Below, one piece after another: positions 39,601-52,726 of a stretch of DNA of 64,000 nucleotides; position 1 is the first letter of the stretch; each line of letters opens with the position of its first letter. This DNA is from Epiperipatus broadwayi (lineage: Eukaryota; Animalia; Onychophora). The position numbers were made by a program, and so were the translations under genes. The DNA lies in contig JAQFVV010000005.1 in assembly GCA_028023455.1 (NCBI GenBank), positions 8,742,001 through 8,806,000 on the forward strand, read 5' to 3'. The notes under the pieces are model-generated. The model was not told where the DNA came from, searched no databases, and was given only the letters and a program-made list of their open reading frames with translations.

Positions 39601-41019
39601 TGTCGTCTATTTGTCTTTATTACTAACAAGTTGTTAAAAAGTTTAAATAAAGTTATACATTTTTTATACATTTAATGATAGATGATGGAAGTAGCCCAAG
39701 ATATTATTACATCTAATATACTATCATCATAAACCTCAGACAAATATTGGATCATATATATCCAGTATAGGAATCACCTAAACTTCTAGTATACTATCCT
39801 GTCTTTAAAAAAATATCTAAACTCAACCCAACATGTTGATTTATTTATTTATACTTTTTTAAATTTCTCACTCAATATTAAATTACAAATCTAAAATCAT
39901 AATGCAAACATGCTGATGCCATATGTTCAAAGATTTTGGTTGATAAAACTTTTAAGTCATTTGTTTGTTTAATCAGTCTGATTAAAGTAATGGTGGTTTC
40001 TGGGAAGTATTAGCATTATATTTAGAATCCAGATTTAAAATCTAATGAGTTATACAACCTATTCTCTAAAATATATGTGCTTAGTAGATGGATCTCAAGT
40101 AGAGTAATAGTGAAGTATTTACTGTTGCTGATAAATAATATATGAAGTTAAGCTGAGATTTTTTTTTTAATTAGTGTTTTAAGTTTTGTTTTTTGGTATT
40201 ATTCTTACATTTATTGCATTTATTTTTTTTTATTTAGATTAACCATAAATGTAATTTGGGATCAGTTGTGATATATCTGAGAGTAACTGGAGCGCACCAT
40301 GTTTTATGAGTTTATTCCAAGAAATTTAATCATAAAATATATTACAGTGAATGGATAATTTTTTGATTGGATATTGTGGATAAAACTATTTCCTAATATC
40401 TTAGTGTTTTAGAAATTTTAATATTGAACATTTAAATATATATTATTATTTTCTGGAAAGAAAACAATGTCTTGTATGATATTATTGGAGAACTACCTTG
40501 ATGAATAATGAAATACTAATCACTTTCATATTAATAAAATAAGGATTTTCTTTTCATTATTGATATGAATATATAAAAAAGAAAAAGAAAATATGGAAAT
40601 CATGCCTGAGATATTATAGTGTTTTATTAATAAAAAGAGCCATTGAAATTAATAAATTTGTTGTAAAAAATACTATGTAATTGACAGCATTTTGAATGAA
40701 TCACTGATGGATTTGAAGTCACTCATATTAATAGTTTAATATGGAATTATAACCCTTCTGATTCAAATTTATAGAAAATGAAATTAGTAGCATTTGTTTA
40801 ACCTAAATACAATATAAATAAAATATTGGAGTAACTGATAAATTGGTTGAATTGTAGGAGAAAATGATATCTTAACATACAAGTTTATGGAAAAATACAT
40901 ATCTTCTATGAAAGATAATTATACATGAAAGTTTTAACAGAGAGGAGAATTCTTTCTATTGATATTTATGATTATAATACAATTGCAAAAAATCTAGGAA
41001 TAAATGAAGTAAAAAAAAA

Positions 41020-41860
41020 AACTTGTATTGCACTTTGTGTGATTACAATACTGCTGTCAAAAATAATTTTAAAAAATGTCAATTAATCCATACTGGTGAG
41101 AAACCATTCCACTGCAATTTGTGTGATTACAAAAGGCAACTTTAACATATATCTAAAATCTCATACTGGAGGAAATTCTTCTAATGCAGTTTGTGCAATT
41201 ACTGGGCATAAGAAAAGGGAATTTAAAGCTCCATGAAAAATTTCATATAGGAGAAAAATCTCTTTTCACTGCAAATAGACATCAGTTGACTTATATGAGA
41301 AATCTTTTTAGTGCAATTACAAAATTACTGCAAAATGAAGCTTAAAATTACACACAATATCTCATATTGAAGAAAAACCTTTCCAATGCAGTTTGTGCAA
41401 GTTCAAAATAATTAAGAAAGGAAATTTTAAACTTCGTGAAAATATTCATGCAGGAGAAAAGCCTTTTCAGTGTTGTACATGCCATTACATAACTGACAGT
41501 AAACATAGTGCAATGAGAAATTTTATATAGGCAAAAAACCTTTTCATTGCAATTTATGTGATTACAATATTGTTGTAGAGAAGTATTTCAAGAGACAATG
41601 GAATTAACTCATACAAATTAGAAACCTTTATTCTGTGGTTTTTGTATGATTATAAAACTACTACAAATTGAAATCAAATATCTCATACTGGGGAAAATCT
41701 TTTCAAAGCAACTGGTGCAATTACAAGACAATTACAAAAAAAATTATTCTTTTATGCAAAAACTCATTCAATTTCAGAGCAGTACTTGTAATTACAAAAC
41801 TGCTTTTAAAAGTAATTTGAAAGATCATTTATTAACTCAGTCAGGAGAAAAACCATTTCA
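41020..41860 (+). pseudogene. Decayed 5' part of the C2H2 zinc-finger array (about 11-12 disrupted fingers)
   Basis: Recurrent TGCAxTTTGTGTGATTACAA and CATACTGG.GA.AAACC.TT units with stops and frameshifts; ORF 41646-41888 retains CNYKTAFKSNLKDH...GEKPFQC. Confidence 0.85.
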
Positions 41861-43780
41861 ATGCAATATAGAACTGAAGAACTTTTAAAGGTCCATGATA
41901 AAGTTCCTGCAAATGAAAAACTGTTTCAATGCAGTTTGTGTGATTACAACACTTCAGTTAAAGATAATTTAAAAAGACATCAATTAACCCGTACAGATGA
42001 GAAATCTTTTCACTGCAATTTGTGCAATTACAAGGCTGCTACAAAAGGGAACTTAAAATTACATGTAACATCTCACACAGGAGAAAAGCCTTTTCAGTGC
42101 ACTTTGTGTAATTATAAGACAATTAAAAAAGGACATTTAAAACAGCATGCAAAAATTCATTCAGGCGAAAAACCTTTCCAATGTTGTTTGTGTGATTATA
42201 ACACTGCAGTAGAGTATTATTTAAAAAGACATCAGTTAATCCATGTAAGTGAGAAACCTTTTCACTGCCATTTATGCAATTACAAGGCTGTTAAAAAACG
42301 AAACTTAAAATTACATGCTGCATCACATACAGGAGAAAAACCTTTTCAGTGCCCTATGTGTAATTATAAGACAATTAATAAATGGCGGTTAAAACTACAT
42401 GCAAAAATTCATACAGGAGAAAAACCTTTCCAGTGCAGTTTGTGTGATTACAAGACCGCTTTTAAACATATTTTGAAAAGACATGAATTAACTCATAGTA
42501 AAAAACTTTTTCAGTGCCCCTTATGTGATTACAAGGCAGTTACAAAAGCTAATTTTAAATTACACGAAAGATCCCATTCAGAAGAAAAAACTTTCGAATG
42601 TAGTTTGTGTGATTACAACACTGCAGTAAAAGATCATTTAAAAAGACATCAGTTAACCCATACAGGTGAGAAACCTTTTCACTGCAATTTGTGCAACTAC
42701 AGGGCTGCTACAAAAGGGAACTTAAAATCACATACCACATTTCACACAGGAGAAAAACCTTTTCAATGCAATTTGTGTAATTACAAGACTGCTTTTAAAC
42801 AATGCTTGAAAAAACATGAATTAATTCATAGTAAAAAACCTTTTCTGTGTACTTTATGTGATTACAAGGCAAGTACAAAAGCCAATTTTAAATTACATGA
42901 AAGATCCCATTCAGGAGAAAAAACTTTCAAATGTAGTTTGTGTGATTACAACACTGCAGTAAAAGATCATTTAAAAAGACACCAACTAACCCATACAGGT
43001 GAGAAACCGTTTCACTGCAATTTGTGTGATTACAAGACTACAACTAAAGCAAGCTTACAAGTACATGTAAGATCTCATACTGGAGAAAAACCTTTTCAGT
43101 GTAGTTTTTGCATTTACAAGACAACTACAAAAGGAGCTTTAAAAATACATGAAAAAAATCATACAAGAGAAAAAACTTACCAGTGCAGTTTTTGTGATTA
43201 TAAGACTATTGCAAAAAGTAGTTTTAAGTTACACAAAAAATCTCATACAGAAAATATGCCTTATCAATGCAGTATGTGTGATTTCAAGATTAATATAAAA
43301 CGCATATTCAAAAGGCATGAATCAGCTCATGTGAATGCAAATTCTTTCCACTGCAATTTATGTGATTATATGACTACTACGAGAGCTTATCTTAAAGTTC
43401 ATGAAAATATTCATGCAGATGAAAATCTTTACTACTGCAATTTGTGCAATTACAAGACTACTACTAAATATAATTTTGAAGTACACAAATTAGTTCATAC
43501 GAAAGAAAAATCTGTGGTCTGCAATTTATTTAATGAAACTGTTGTATATGATAATTTAAAAATACAACAAAAAAGTTACTCAGTAACTCAAGCTATTTCT
43601 TTGCTTTTTTTAAAGAATAACAAATATGAAGAAAAACAAGAAAAGTATGCATTAAGGGAAGAAATCTATAAGTGTTGTTTATGTGATTATAAAATTAGTG
43701 AACAAAGTGTTTTAGAAAGTCATGAAATGAATCATTTCTCTAATCATGAAATCCTTGAGATACTTATAGAATTCACCTAA
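41861..43780 (+). CDS. Multi-C2H2 zinc-finger protein (19 tandem fingers, one degenerate finger, one C-terminal finger), 639 aa
   Basis: Uninterrupted ORF with repeated C-x2-C-x12-H-x3-H and TGEKPF linkers. The first finger has His>Arg. The true start is uncertain. Confidence 0.85.
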   Translation: MQYRTEELLKVHDKVPANEKLFQCSLCDYNTSVKDNLKRHQLTRTDEKSFHCNLCNYKAATKGNLKLHVTSHTGEKPFQCTLCNYKTIKKGHLKQHAKIHSGEKPFQCCLCDYNTAVEYYLKRHQLIHVSEKPFHCHLCNYKAVKKRNLKLHAASHTGEKPFQCPMCNYKTINKWRLKLHAKIHTGEKPFQCSLCDYKTAFKHILKRHELTHSKKLFQCPLCDYKAVTKANFKLHERSHSEEKTFECSLCDYNTAVKDHLKRHQLTHTGEKPFHCNLCNYRAATKGNLKSHTTFHTGEKPFQCNLCNYKTAFKQCLKKHELIHSKKPFLCTLCDYKASTKANFKLHERSHSGEKTFKCSLCDYNTAVKDHLKRHQLTHTGEKPFHCNLCDYKTTTKASLQVHVRSHTGEKPFQCSFCIYKTTTKGALKIHEKNHTREKTYQCSFCDYKTIAKSSFKLHKKSHTENMPYQCSMCDFKINIKRIFKRHESAHVNANSFHCNLCDYMTTTRAYLKVHENIHADENLYYCNLCNYKTTTKYNFEVHKLVHTKEKSVVCNLFNETVVYDNLKIQQKSYSVTQAISLLFLKNNKYEEKQEKYALREEIYKCCLCDYKISEQSVLESHEMNHFSNHEILEILIEFT

Positions 43781-44011
43781 AGTAATGTTTTATCATTTGA
43801 AAAAAGCAACTCTTTAGCAATGAAAATTTTAAATGAAATTATAAAAAACTTTTCATACTTGTGTATTATCAGTAAAAATAATAAAGAATATAGAACTTTA
43901 CACCAAAATTTCAAATTTTGATTGACAAATGTAAACTTATTAGTTTTTAATGATTCTACTGCTGACTAACATTTGATTTTAAAGTGTGATGTTAATTTTC
44001 ACCATTTTGTA

Positions 44012-44210
44012 ATGAGAAATAGATCTGTTGAAGTGAGAAATAGATCAACCATCAGTTGAAGTAACAAATGGATTAATCATAAGCTGAAGTGAGAAATAGA
44101 TCATTTCTTAGATGAAGATAAATGCATCTGTCATCAACTGGAATGAGAAATAGATCAATCATTAGCTGAAGTGAGGAATAAATCAAATGTCAACAGAAAT
44201 ATGAAATAGA
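44012..44210. repeat. Minisatellite, about 28-bp unit, about 7 diverged copies
   Basis: Consensus GAGAAATAGATCAATCATTAGCTGAAGT; unit positions 44041, 44069 and 44097. Confidence 0.8.
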
Positions 44211-46972
44211 TTAGGAAGTCTTTTAATGATTATCATGATGCTATAACATATAATGCGGTTCAATTCATTTTATGGAGCAGCCATGCTTAATAATTATGAA
44301 AAAATATATATTAAATCTATCTTGCTGAAATGTTTAATATTATTAATGGTGTAATTAAGTTAAGTTTACACATCCTTTCACTCAAGATTTATTATTATAA
44401 AGCCAAATCATAGTGGATTAATTTATTGAAAGTACATAATGGAATTAATTCTCAACAAATAGAGCAATCTCTATTTTTGCTAATAATATTTCACATTGAG
44501 AATAATTTACTTAATCTCTTAACATTCTTAACTCTTATGAATATTTAATAATTACTTGCCTTTGGCCTCTTTTCATCAGATTCAAAATACTTCAGAATTA
44601 AATTTTTATTTTCAGAATAAAAATTGAACTCGGAATGGAGTTTTAAGGCTTTGTACTGAAAACAATTGTAATTGCATGAACTTAGCCAGTCATTTCGTGA
44701 TAATTTTCTAAATTACAAGTTACATTAGTAAAGTGATAGACTAAATATTATAAATTAACTAAATAAAAATAGTTTAAAAAAAATCAAACTTTGTAATTTT
44801 TGATTGGTTATTGGCAATAGAATGTGAGAGACAAAATTAAAAACTAGGAATAAATGGAAATTTATCTTTTGTTGTCCAGATTATGTAAATAAAAAAATAT
44901 ATTAAGTTTGTTAAATATAGGGTTGACAGAATTAAAAGCCTTGCAAAGTTATGCATATTTTATTCTCTGGTTTATATATTTTTAGTTTAGGTTGATTCAA
45001 AGTAAACAACTTTTACTATATTTTAGAGAAGAAAAAAGTGAAGACAAGTATATAATTAATAAAGTTAAATAATCAAAGTTAAATAAAATATATATAAGTT
45101 TTCAAAAATGAAAATGAATTTTAATTAAGAAAATAAAACCAATGTATTTATTAAAATAGTTATTTATTTTTTTATAAATCCATTTGACTGTTTACAGATG
45201 TTGATTCAAATACAGCTTATTAGGACTATTATAGGATTAAAATAAGAGTGTAAGCAAAAAAAACAAGAAAGAAACTGTAGTAAGAGGTAAGAAAGATATG
45301 CTCTCATTATGCCTTGGCCTATATTCAGAAGAAGTTTCAGTAAAGAATATCATAAAAAAATAAGTTAAGCAATCCCATCAATATGTGAAAAGATTCTCAA
45401 TTAAAATATTAGTTTTTTTGGCCACAGTAATTTAGTGGCATGTTTTTGTGTTAAAAAGAATATGCTGTTAGGAATACTTTTTAATGTAATCACAGCTATA
45501 ATGATAAGTTCATGAAGAATGGAATCTTATCTCCGCTATGTGCTAAATCCACTAAACGTGGGCTAGCCATAACTTCTTGAATCGTGAACTGATATCTGCT
45601 ACAAATCTAGAAATAGTGATGCTTTAAAATATTGCTTTTGCTTTGCTTGCCCATAGTGGAAGTATTATTCCATTGGAGTTAGATTATCAGTATTAGGAAG
45701 ATAGAAGTTAACAAGTAAAAAGAGACAATGCTAATTAGTCTAGAATTAAGAATTTCATCCCAACAGAGACTAAAAATAATCATAGGATAGGATAAATGCA
45801 GAATTACAAACTTATGTAGTTATACCAATAATTAAAAAGGTTTGCATTATGGATAAAAAAAATTGTGGTTAGTATTTTTTTTTTTAATTACAATTAATAA
45901 CACTGCCTGACAGAATGTAAATATTCCATTTTCTTTGTACTATTATTTTAATTATTTTATTCATGAAATTATTATGTAATGAAGAAAAAATTAACTCCTG
46001 TCATAATTAAATTTTAATTTTGAAATAATTTACCTATTTGTTCTTACCAATATATATACACATTCCAAACTTGTAATGTTAACTGTCTGTGTAAAAATAT
46101 TTGTAACAATAGATATCAATCAAAATTCCTTCAATAAATTATTTTTGTTATGTAAATATATTGAGTTGTCTGTGTCATTTTTATCTAATTAGTCTCATTC
46201 CAAATGCATACCTGAATGGTTCACTTTCAATCCCAGGTAATCATGCTTTAAGCTAGGGAAATCCTGGAATGGTAGTTGAGAGTAATGTATGTATAGATAT
46301 TCATTTGAAGAGAAAGTGGCTTTCAAAATTTTATAATAAAAATACTTGTAGATTAGAATTAAATACAACTCCCTGAGGGATTGTTTGGAGTATTATAATC
46401 AGGAAATATAACTTGAGTGTCATATATAAGTGATATAAAATAACTATATTAATGATATGTGGTTTGATTACCATGATCAATGACTGATACAATTGTAAAG
46501 AAAATATTTATGAAAAGATGGATTCAGTAAATTACATGGTGATTTTACATATATATATATATATGGATTTATTCAATCATTTATATTTACATGAGTCAAT
46601 ATATGGCATATATAATTTTCCAGTACACAATAATCTCATTTGCCATGAGTCCTAGAAATAAGCTATGGTTAGCAGCTATGTTATCATTTTATATTTTTGA
46701 CTGAAGGATAAATATTTTACAATTAGTTCATGTAAGAATTTAGTAACTCTTCATCTGTTAGCAACTGCTAAAAGTAATATTTTAAAGCAAATCAACAGAA
46801 TAATTAAAATATTAGTAAATACAGTTCCTCTTCAATTTTTCCTCAAAGACTGCATTTATCCAACAATTTTTCTCTGAATTTGTCTTCTTGGTTTTCTAAA
46901 TATCAATTAAGTTTCTAGAAGAGTCACCGCACTTAAAAATTTTAAGAACATAAAGTCTGTTATATATATATA

Positions 46973-49900
46973 TGTAACATTTATTTATTACCAATTTCAT
47001 GTAAAAAATAATTTATTTTTTTGATTAGTATAATTTTTTAAAATACAATGAAAGTTAAATTATTCTTATATTTTTAATTAGTAATACTAATTGGAGAAAC
47101 AAAAAGAATTCAAAACAAGTAAAAAGATAAGCTAAAAAAATATTTCTAGCTAATTAAACTGCGAACTATAAGAAAATAGAGACTTTAGTACATAAAATTT
47201 TAAAAAACTGTATAAGATTAGAAAGGCATTACATGATAAAACTGGATATAAAGAGGGACGTTGAAGGAGGTCTTTTGTTTTATTTTAGTTTTTGGATAAA
47301 TTTAATATGTCAAGATCACTTCACGAAGAATTAGCAATGTCATGAACCGACTCTAAAACATCAGACCTAATGATGTACCCCAGGAAAACCTTAGGACCAA
47401 CTGATGGACCACAAGAACAACAAAACAGCGACTATTATTACAAAAACTCATAGTTAACAACATTATGAATCACAAACTTACCTAAGTTAAGAATAATAAC
47501 CTATTCCAAGTTAAATAGTAAAAAAAACTATCTGAAAATATAGCTATAAAAGAACGATGTGACTTTATATTTCTATATGAGAACTCTTAATAACAAGAAC
47601 TTTCTATTTTAAATGATATTGTATTTTTATATATTTCCACCTAAATTAAATTTTCTCCCAAAGTATTAAACAATATTTAACTAGAAATTTTTTTTTAGAA
47701 TAAAAGAATTATACTTTACAACTTTTTTTTATTTATTAATAGAAGTTATTATTTTTTTATTAGATTTATTTTAGTGAAATAGTTTAAGGTAAGTTACCTT
47801 TGAATATGTTCAATACCAATAACAATCTAAAAAAAAATATTATTCTCATACGTAGAATACCTACAAAATAAAAAATTATAAAAGGACTATTTTCTTTTTT
47901 AAATTTGCATTCATTTCAGATTTTAGGAACGGCCCTAAAATAAAATTAAAGTTGATTTATGTCTATGTACAAATGTAATCTATTAATAGCGATCGATCAG
48001 GAAAAATATGTTAAGAATAGAAATACAACTTCTTTTTTCTTGATACAGTTTGATCAACTCACGCCAAATATATATTTGGGGCGTATAGTGGTCTAGTAAA
48101 CGGACTACAATGGCGCCCAACTGGGCCGATTTAAAACCACGACCTGAAAACTAAAACGGCATAAAATGATATTTAATGTTTGTAGCGGAAAATAAATTAT
48201 GATTTTTTGAAAAAGAAAAAATTATAGAAAAAAAACTAACTAATTAAACCCAGATTATTAAAATATGAAAGAAGAATTTTTTAATATGACTTCAGAAAAA
48301 AAAATATATATATGTATATTTTTTATATATGTCTAAAAACACGATCGTGGCTGATGTAGACGTAAGTCACAAGTATTTGACCGGGTAGGCGGTTACTGAA
48401 GAGGGAATAACATAGCCCCGAGCCTTATCCGCAGTATATGAACATAAGACCGCTTTAAAGCTCGTCAGACTATTTCTAGCAGAGACCCTAAAGGGGAAGG
48501 CGGATCAAGTTGGACCAGTTGCCACGGTGTAAGACTCAGACGGAGCACCCGTTTGGCTTATAACTTGGGCTTCTTATTAGTAATAGTACACTAAAGCGAT
48601 GGACACGATGAATGTTGAAATATTTTCCATTCCCGCGGTTAGACCTAAAAGTGGGCTAAGCGAGGCGAAGAGTCTACACATATACAGCACTACTACGAAA
48701 AACGAATAGAATTTAAAAAACTTAAGAATAAAATTAGGTAAACCCTATATCCACTCCCTGTGGTATTGTAACATTTATTTATATAGTACAAATATAGGCA
48801 TTTGGTAAAAGCTAAAAAGTAAATTCGATTTTGATTAGTATAATTTTTGTTAAGAGCGACAATGAAAGTTAAATTATTCTTCGATATTTTTTAATTAGTA
48901 ATAACGTAATTGGAGAGACAAAAAAATCCAAAAGCAAGTAAAAGATAAGCTAAAGAAAAATATTTCTAGCTAATTAAACATGGCGAAAACTCGATAAGAA
49001 AATAGAGACTTTAGTACATAAAATTTAAAAAACTGTATAAGATTAGAAAGGCTGGTACGAGCAGGCAGAGCCTAAAACTGGATATAAAAAGGAGGGACCG
49101 GTTGAAGGGGGTCTTGTTCGTTTATTTGCTAGTTGGTCTTGGATAACATTTAATATGTCCAAGATCACTCGTCACCGAAGGAATGGCAATGCGCAGTGAA
49201 CCGGCTCTGAAAACATCAGACCTAATGATGTACCCCAGGAAAAGCCGTGACCAACTGGGGAAATGGACCACAAGAACAAGCAAGAACCGAACGGGAGCTC
49301 ATTATTACAGAAAACTATGCATAGTTCGCTACAACATTCGTGAATTCACAAAGCTTACCGGTAGTTAAGAATAATAACTGATGGACCAAGTTAAATAGTT
49401 AAAAAAACTACTCGTGAAAATATAGCTATAAAAGGAACGATAGTGACTTATTCTATGAGGCTAATTAACCAAGACTTTGCATTTAAATGATATTGAATTT
49501 TCTATATATTTTCCACCTAAATTAAATGTGCTCTCCAAAGTATTAAACAATATTTAACCTAGAAATGTTTTATTTTGTTAGAATAAAAGAGATATACTTT
49601 TATCAACTTTTTTTATTGTGCGTTATTAATAGAAGTTATTATTTTTGTTATTAGATTTATTTTAGTGAAATAGGTTTAAGTGTAAGTTACCTTTGCCAAT
49701 ATGTTTCAATACGCCAGGGCTAACAATCGTAAAAAAAATATTATTCTCATTACGGTAGAATTACCGTACAAAATAAAAATATTATAAAAGGACTTTATTT
49801 TCTTTGTTTTACAATTTGCGAGGGTGCTGGCGGCAATTTCAGCGGATCTTAGGAACCTGGCGCCCATAGAAATAAAATTAAAAGTTGATTTATGTCTATG

Positions 49901-50097
49901 GTACAAATTAGAACTTAATAGGCCGGAGCGATCAGGAAAAATAGCTGTGTTAAGAATAGAAAACAACTTTTTTTTCTTGATACAGTTTGATCAACTCACG
50001 CTCAAATATATATTTGGGGCGTATAGTGGTCTAGTAAAACGGAAAACGCTACAATATATATTATTTCTTTCATCTCTCATTACCAATTTCATGTAAA
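46973..50097. repeat. Anomalous direct duplication (46973-48111 and 48767-50055) with a 655-bp spacer; possible noisy-read assembly artefact
   Basis: The copies are collinear but differ by very many 1-4 nt indels (1139 versus 1289 bp). An exact 19-bp ATTACCAATTTCATGTAAA occurs at 46987 and 50079. Confidence 0.85.
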
Positions 50098-52218
50098 TTT
50101 ATTATATTTTGCTAGACAATGTTGCAGTTATTTAGTAGCACATCTAGAAGTAAAAATGTTTTATTTAGTTATTTCTGTAGGTAAGAACAAAGAATGGACA
50201 CCAATCTAATACCCAAAGCCATTTTTGACTTAATGTTTTCCGTTTTTATTGGAAGAAGGTCATTCAAAAATCTATTCTTAAATGTGCAATAATTTCAAAA
50301 GAGAAAAAATTAAAACTATCAGATGCATATAATAAATATAATTTACAGAAATTGTGATATTTTTCCTTCAACAGGTGAATTTTTCCATTGTTTTCTCAAG
50401 GGTAATCTAAGTAAATGTACAACATTTGATTTTAATTTGTAAATCATTATTCTATATTAGATTTCAATATATGTTTAAAAACAAAAAACATCTTATAAAA
50501 TTATATTTGAATTTTGCAAATATAGAAAAAAGAATTATAAACTGAAATGTGTAATTAGAAAACAATTACTTTTTTTTTTATTAATTGATTAAATTAATGA
50601 AATCTTTGTTATTTGAACTTGGTATGTAAAACATGAATGAGACTATGAAATTTTGTAAAAAAGGAAGTTTTATTATAAAGGAAATAGAGGGAGGAAGAAA
50701 TAATATTTTTTCCTATAATGAATTGGAGGAGTTAATGTTAATATCAGAAAGAGATTTTGTATTTAGAGTGTTATGTAGATATTATTTTTTTGTTGTAGAT
50801 CCTTGAAAATGACTATAATGGTGTAAAAAACAGTTGAAACGTTGGAAATGTATAATATGTGAATTTTTATATATATATATGTTCATTAGTTAATATATGG
50901 AAATAAAGTTTTTGGAAAGAAATAAGAAGTTTATGCATTTATTTATAATGTTGGAGAACATATATTTTAAAAGAAAAAAGTGGTTGTTTAGTTTGTCATT
51001 GTATAATGATAATATTATAGTGTTCTATGTTAAACTGACTGTACTTCAGTTTCACCATTATTTCCAAATTTGCTAAATTGTTGTTTTTTAAAAAAATAAA
51101 ATAAAATATATTTAGAAAAAATTGAATGGAATCATGAAAATATTTTATTAGTTATTATAAACATATTTTGTAATATTTAAATAAAGTATGGAAAGAGTGA
51201 TTTTTTTTTCCTGATAACTATAAAGAAAATAAGTTATGTATAAATACTTTTTCCACTGCTCTCTAATAATCAGTATGCTTTTAAGTTGGTCTTGGCAGTT
51301 TATTTCAGCTATAGACTTCTGTACTCATCAGATTTTTGTTTTGAATTACAATTGTAAAAGTAGTACTACAGGAAAGTGCAGGAGAATGAATAAAAGCTGA
51401 GTGGCATCAGCACCAGCTCCAATAATCTCCAAGTGAAGAAATTTGTTATTATTATTTTGTATTGCAATTTTTATATGTACACTGTATTTCAATATTTTAC
51501 ATTGTATTTATATGTTATCAGTTTGATTAATTTATATTCTTTCATTTTACATATATTAACTTAGTGTTTTTTTTTACTTCTATTTAAATATTTTATTTTT
51601 ATGTTTATTAAATATTGTTGACACTTTGCAATAAATAATGTATTTATAATTTTTACATTTATTTACGCAATATATTTGAAGTTAACATGTTATTTCATTC
51701 TTGCTTTATACTGTTAATAGTTGAGTGGGTTATATATATATATATACTTATTTTCAAATAAGCCTTTATTTAGTCATTTTCTGAGGAATTAAGAAAATGA
51801 TTATTTTTTTATAAGTTGAATGGATAATTAAAATGTGTTTTATAAATACTAAATATTTTAAAGACACATATATATTTTAACAGTAAAAATATGAAATGAC
51901 AATGTGATGAATCAGTAATGTATGAAGATTTATGTAAAATAAATGCTCTTTATTATTATCTGATTGAGGATTGGTACAAATGATTGTAAAAAGTGATATT
52001 AATCTTATATCAGAATCCAAAACGGTAATAGTATGTATACTGCATCCCATCGCTTGATGGCGCTGCTTTTCACTCAATGCACATCAATATACTGTTTCAC
52101 GGGCTGCGTATTTCAATACATAATACTACGGTAAAAGATTTTTGATTTTTACTTTCTATACATAAAACTACTATGGTATATTTTTTAACACTTTTCGAAA
52201 ATAGGTTTTTTTTTCTGT

Positions 52219-52600
52219 TTTTTAATAAATCCTTAAACACTTAATTTTTAATAAACAAATATTTTGTTTTTAGATGGTAGAGGGGGGTTGGTTTTCTTTT
52301 TAATTATTATTATTATTTTTTTTTTTTGAGATTTTTTTTTTAACGTTTATGCTACCGAAAAGTTCTTCCTTAATTTTTTTGTTTTTTAAGAAAGCCTTAA
52401 ACATTTCATTTTTAACAAACCAATACTTTATTTTTTGATGGGGGAGGGGGTTTGGTTTTTAATTATCTTTTTTAAAAAAAACATTTATGCTATTGCAAAG
52501 TTCTTACTTAATTTTTTTGCTTTTTAAGTTAGCCTAAACACTTCGTTTTTAAGAAACACTTTGTTTTTAGATGAGGGATGGGCTTTGGTTTGCTTTTCAA
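52219..52600. repeat. Three diverged tandem units of about 140-165 bp
   Basis: TTTTTTAA...CCTTAAACA.TT..TTTTTAA.AAAC...TTT.GATG..G.GGG..TTGGTTT recurs at about 52219, 52382 and 52520. Confidence 0.75.
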
Positions 52601-52679
52601 TCATGTAAACAACAACAATTTTCCATGAAATAATTTGGACACTTATTAAAAAAATAAACATTTTTTTTTTTTTGTGTAG

Positions 52680-52726
52680 AGGCACATCGGAATTCCCACG
52701 GTTTATTGTTCTTGCAGTGTTAGCCT
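52680..52726 (+). other. Candidate 47-nt exon of an unidentified gene
   Basis: Long T tract plus TAG acceptor (AG at 52678-52679) and GTAAGT donor at 52727, inside a CpG-retaining zone. Splice signals only. Confidence 0.35.

Noticed and set aside
40218-41020. N-terminal effector domain (ZAD, BTB, KRAB) for the zinc-finger gene
   Set aside because: A plausible acceptor exists near 40217, but all frames are interrupted and no domain motif is recognisable.
48345-48430. Hammerhead-like strings CTGATGTAGACGTAAGTC and CTGAAGAGGG...CCCCGAG
   Set aside because: There is no GAAA after the stem and no stem I or stem III pairing.
47900-50096. ORFs 49183-49368, 49706-49966 and 49824-50096, and the short words DQLTPNIYLG / KYIFGAY resembling DUSP or TLDc motifs
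   Set aside because: Frames are not preserved between the two copies, the matches are only a few residues long, and the block is probably error-rich.
46973-50097. Mitochondrial insertion (NUMT) or rRNA gene
   Set aside because: The sequence looks superficially similar, but I found none of the conserved 12S/16S or 18S/28S landmark sequences on either strand.
51295-51331. Minus-strand CTGATGA...GAAA
   Set aside because: Stem II is imperfect and no stem III or stem I can be formed.
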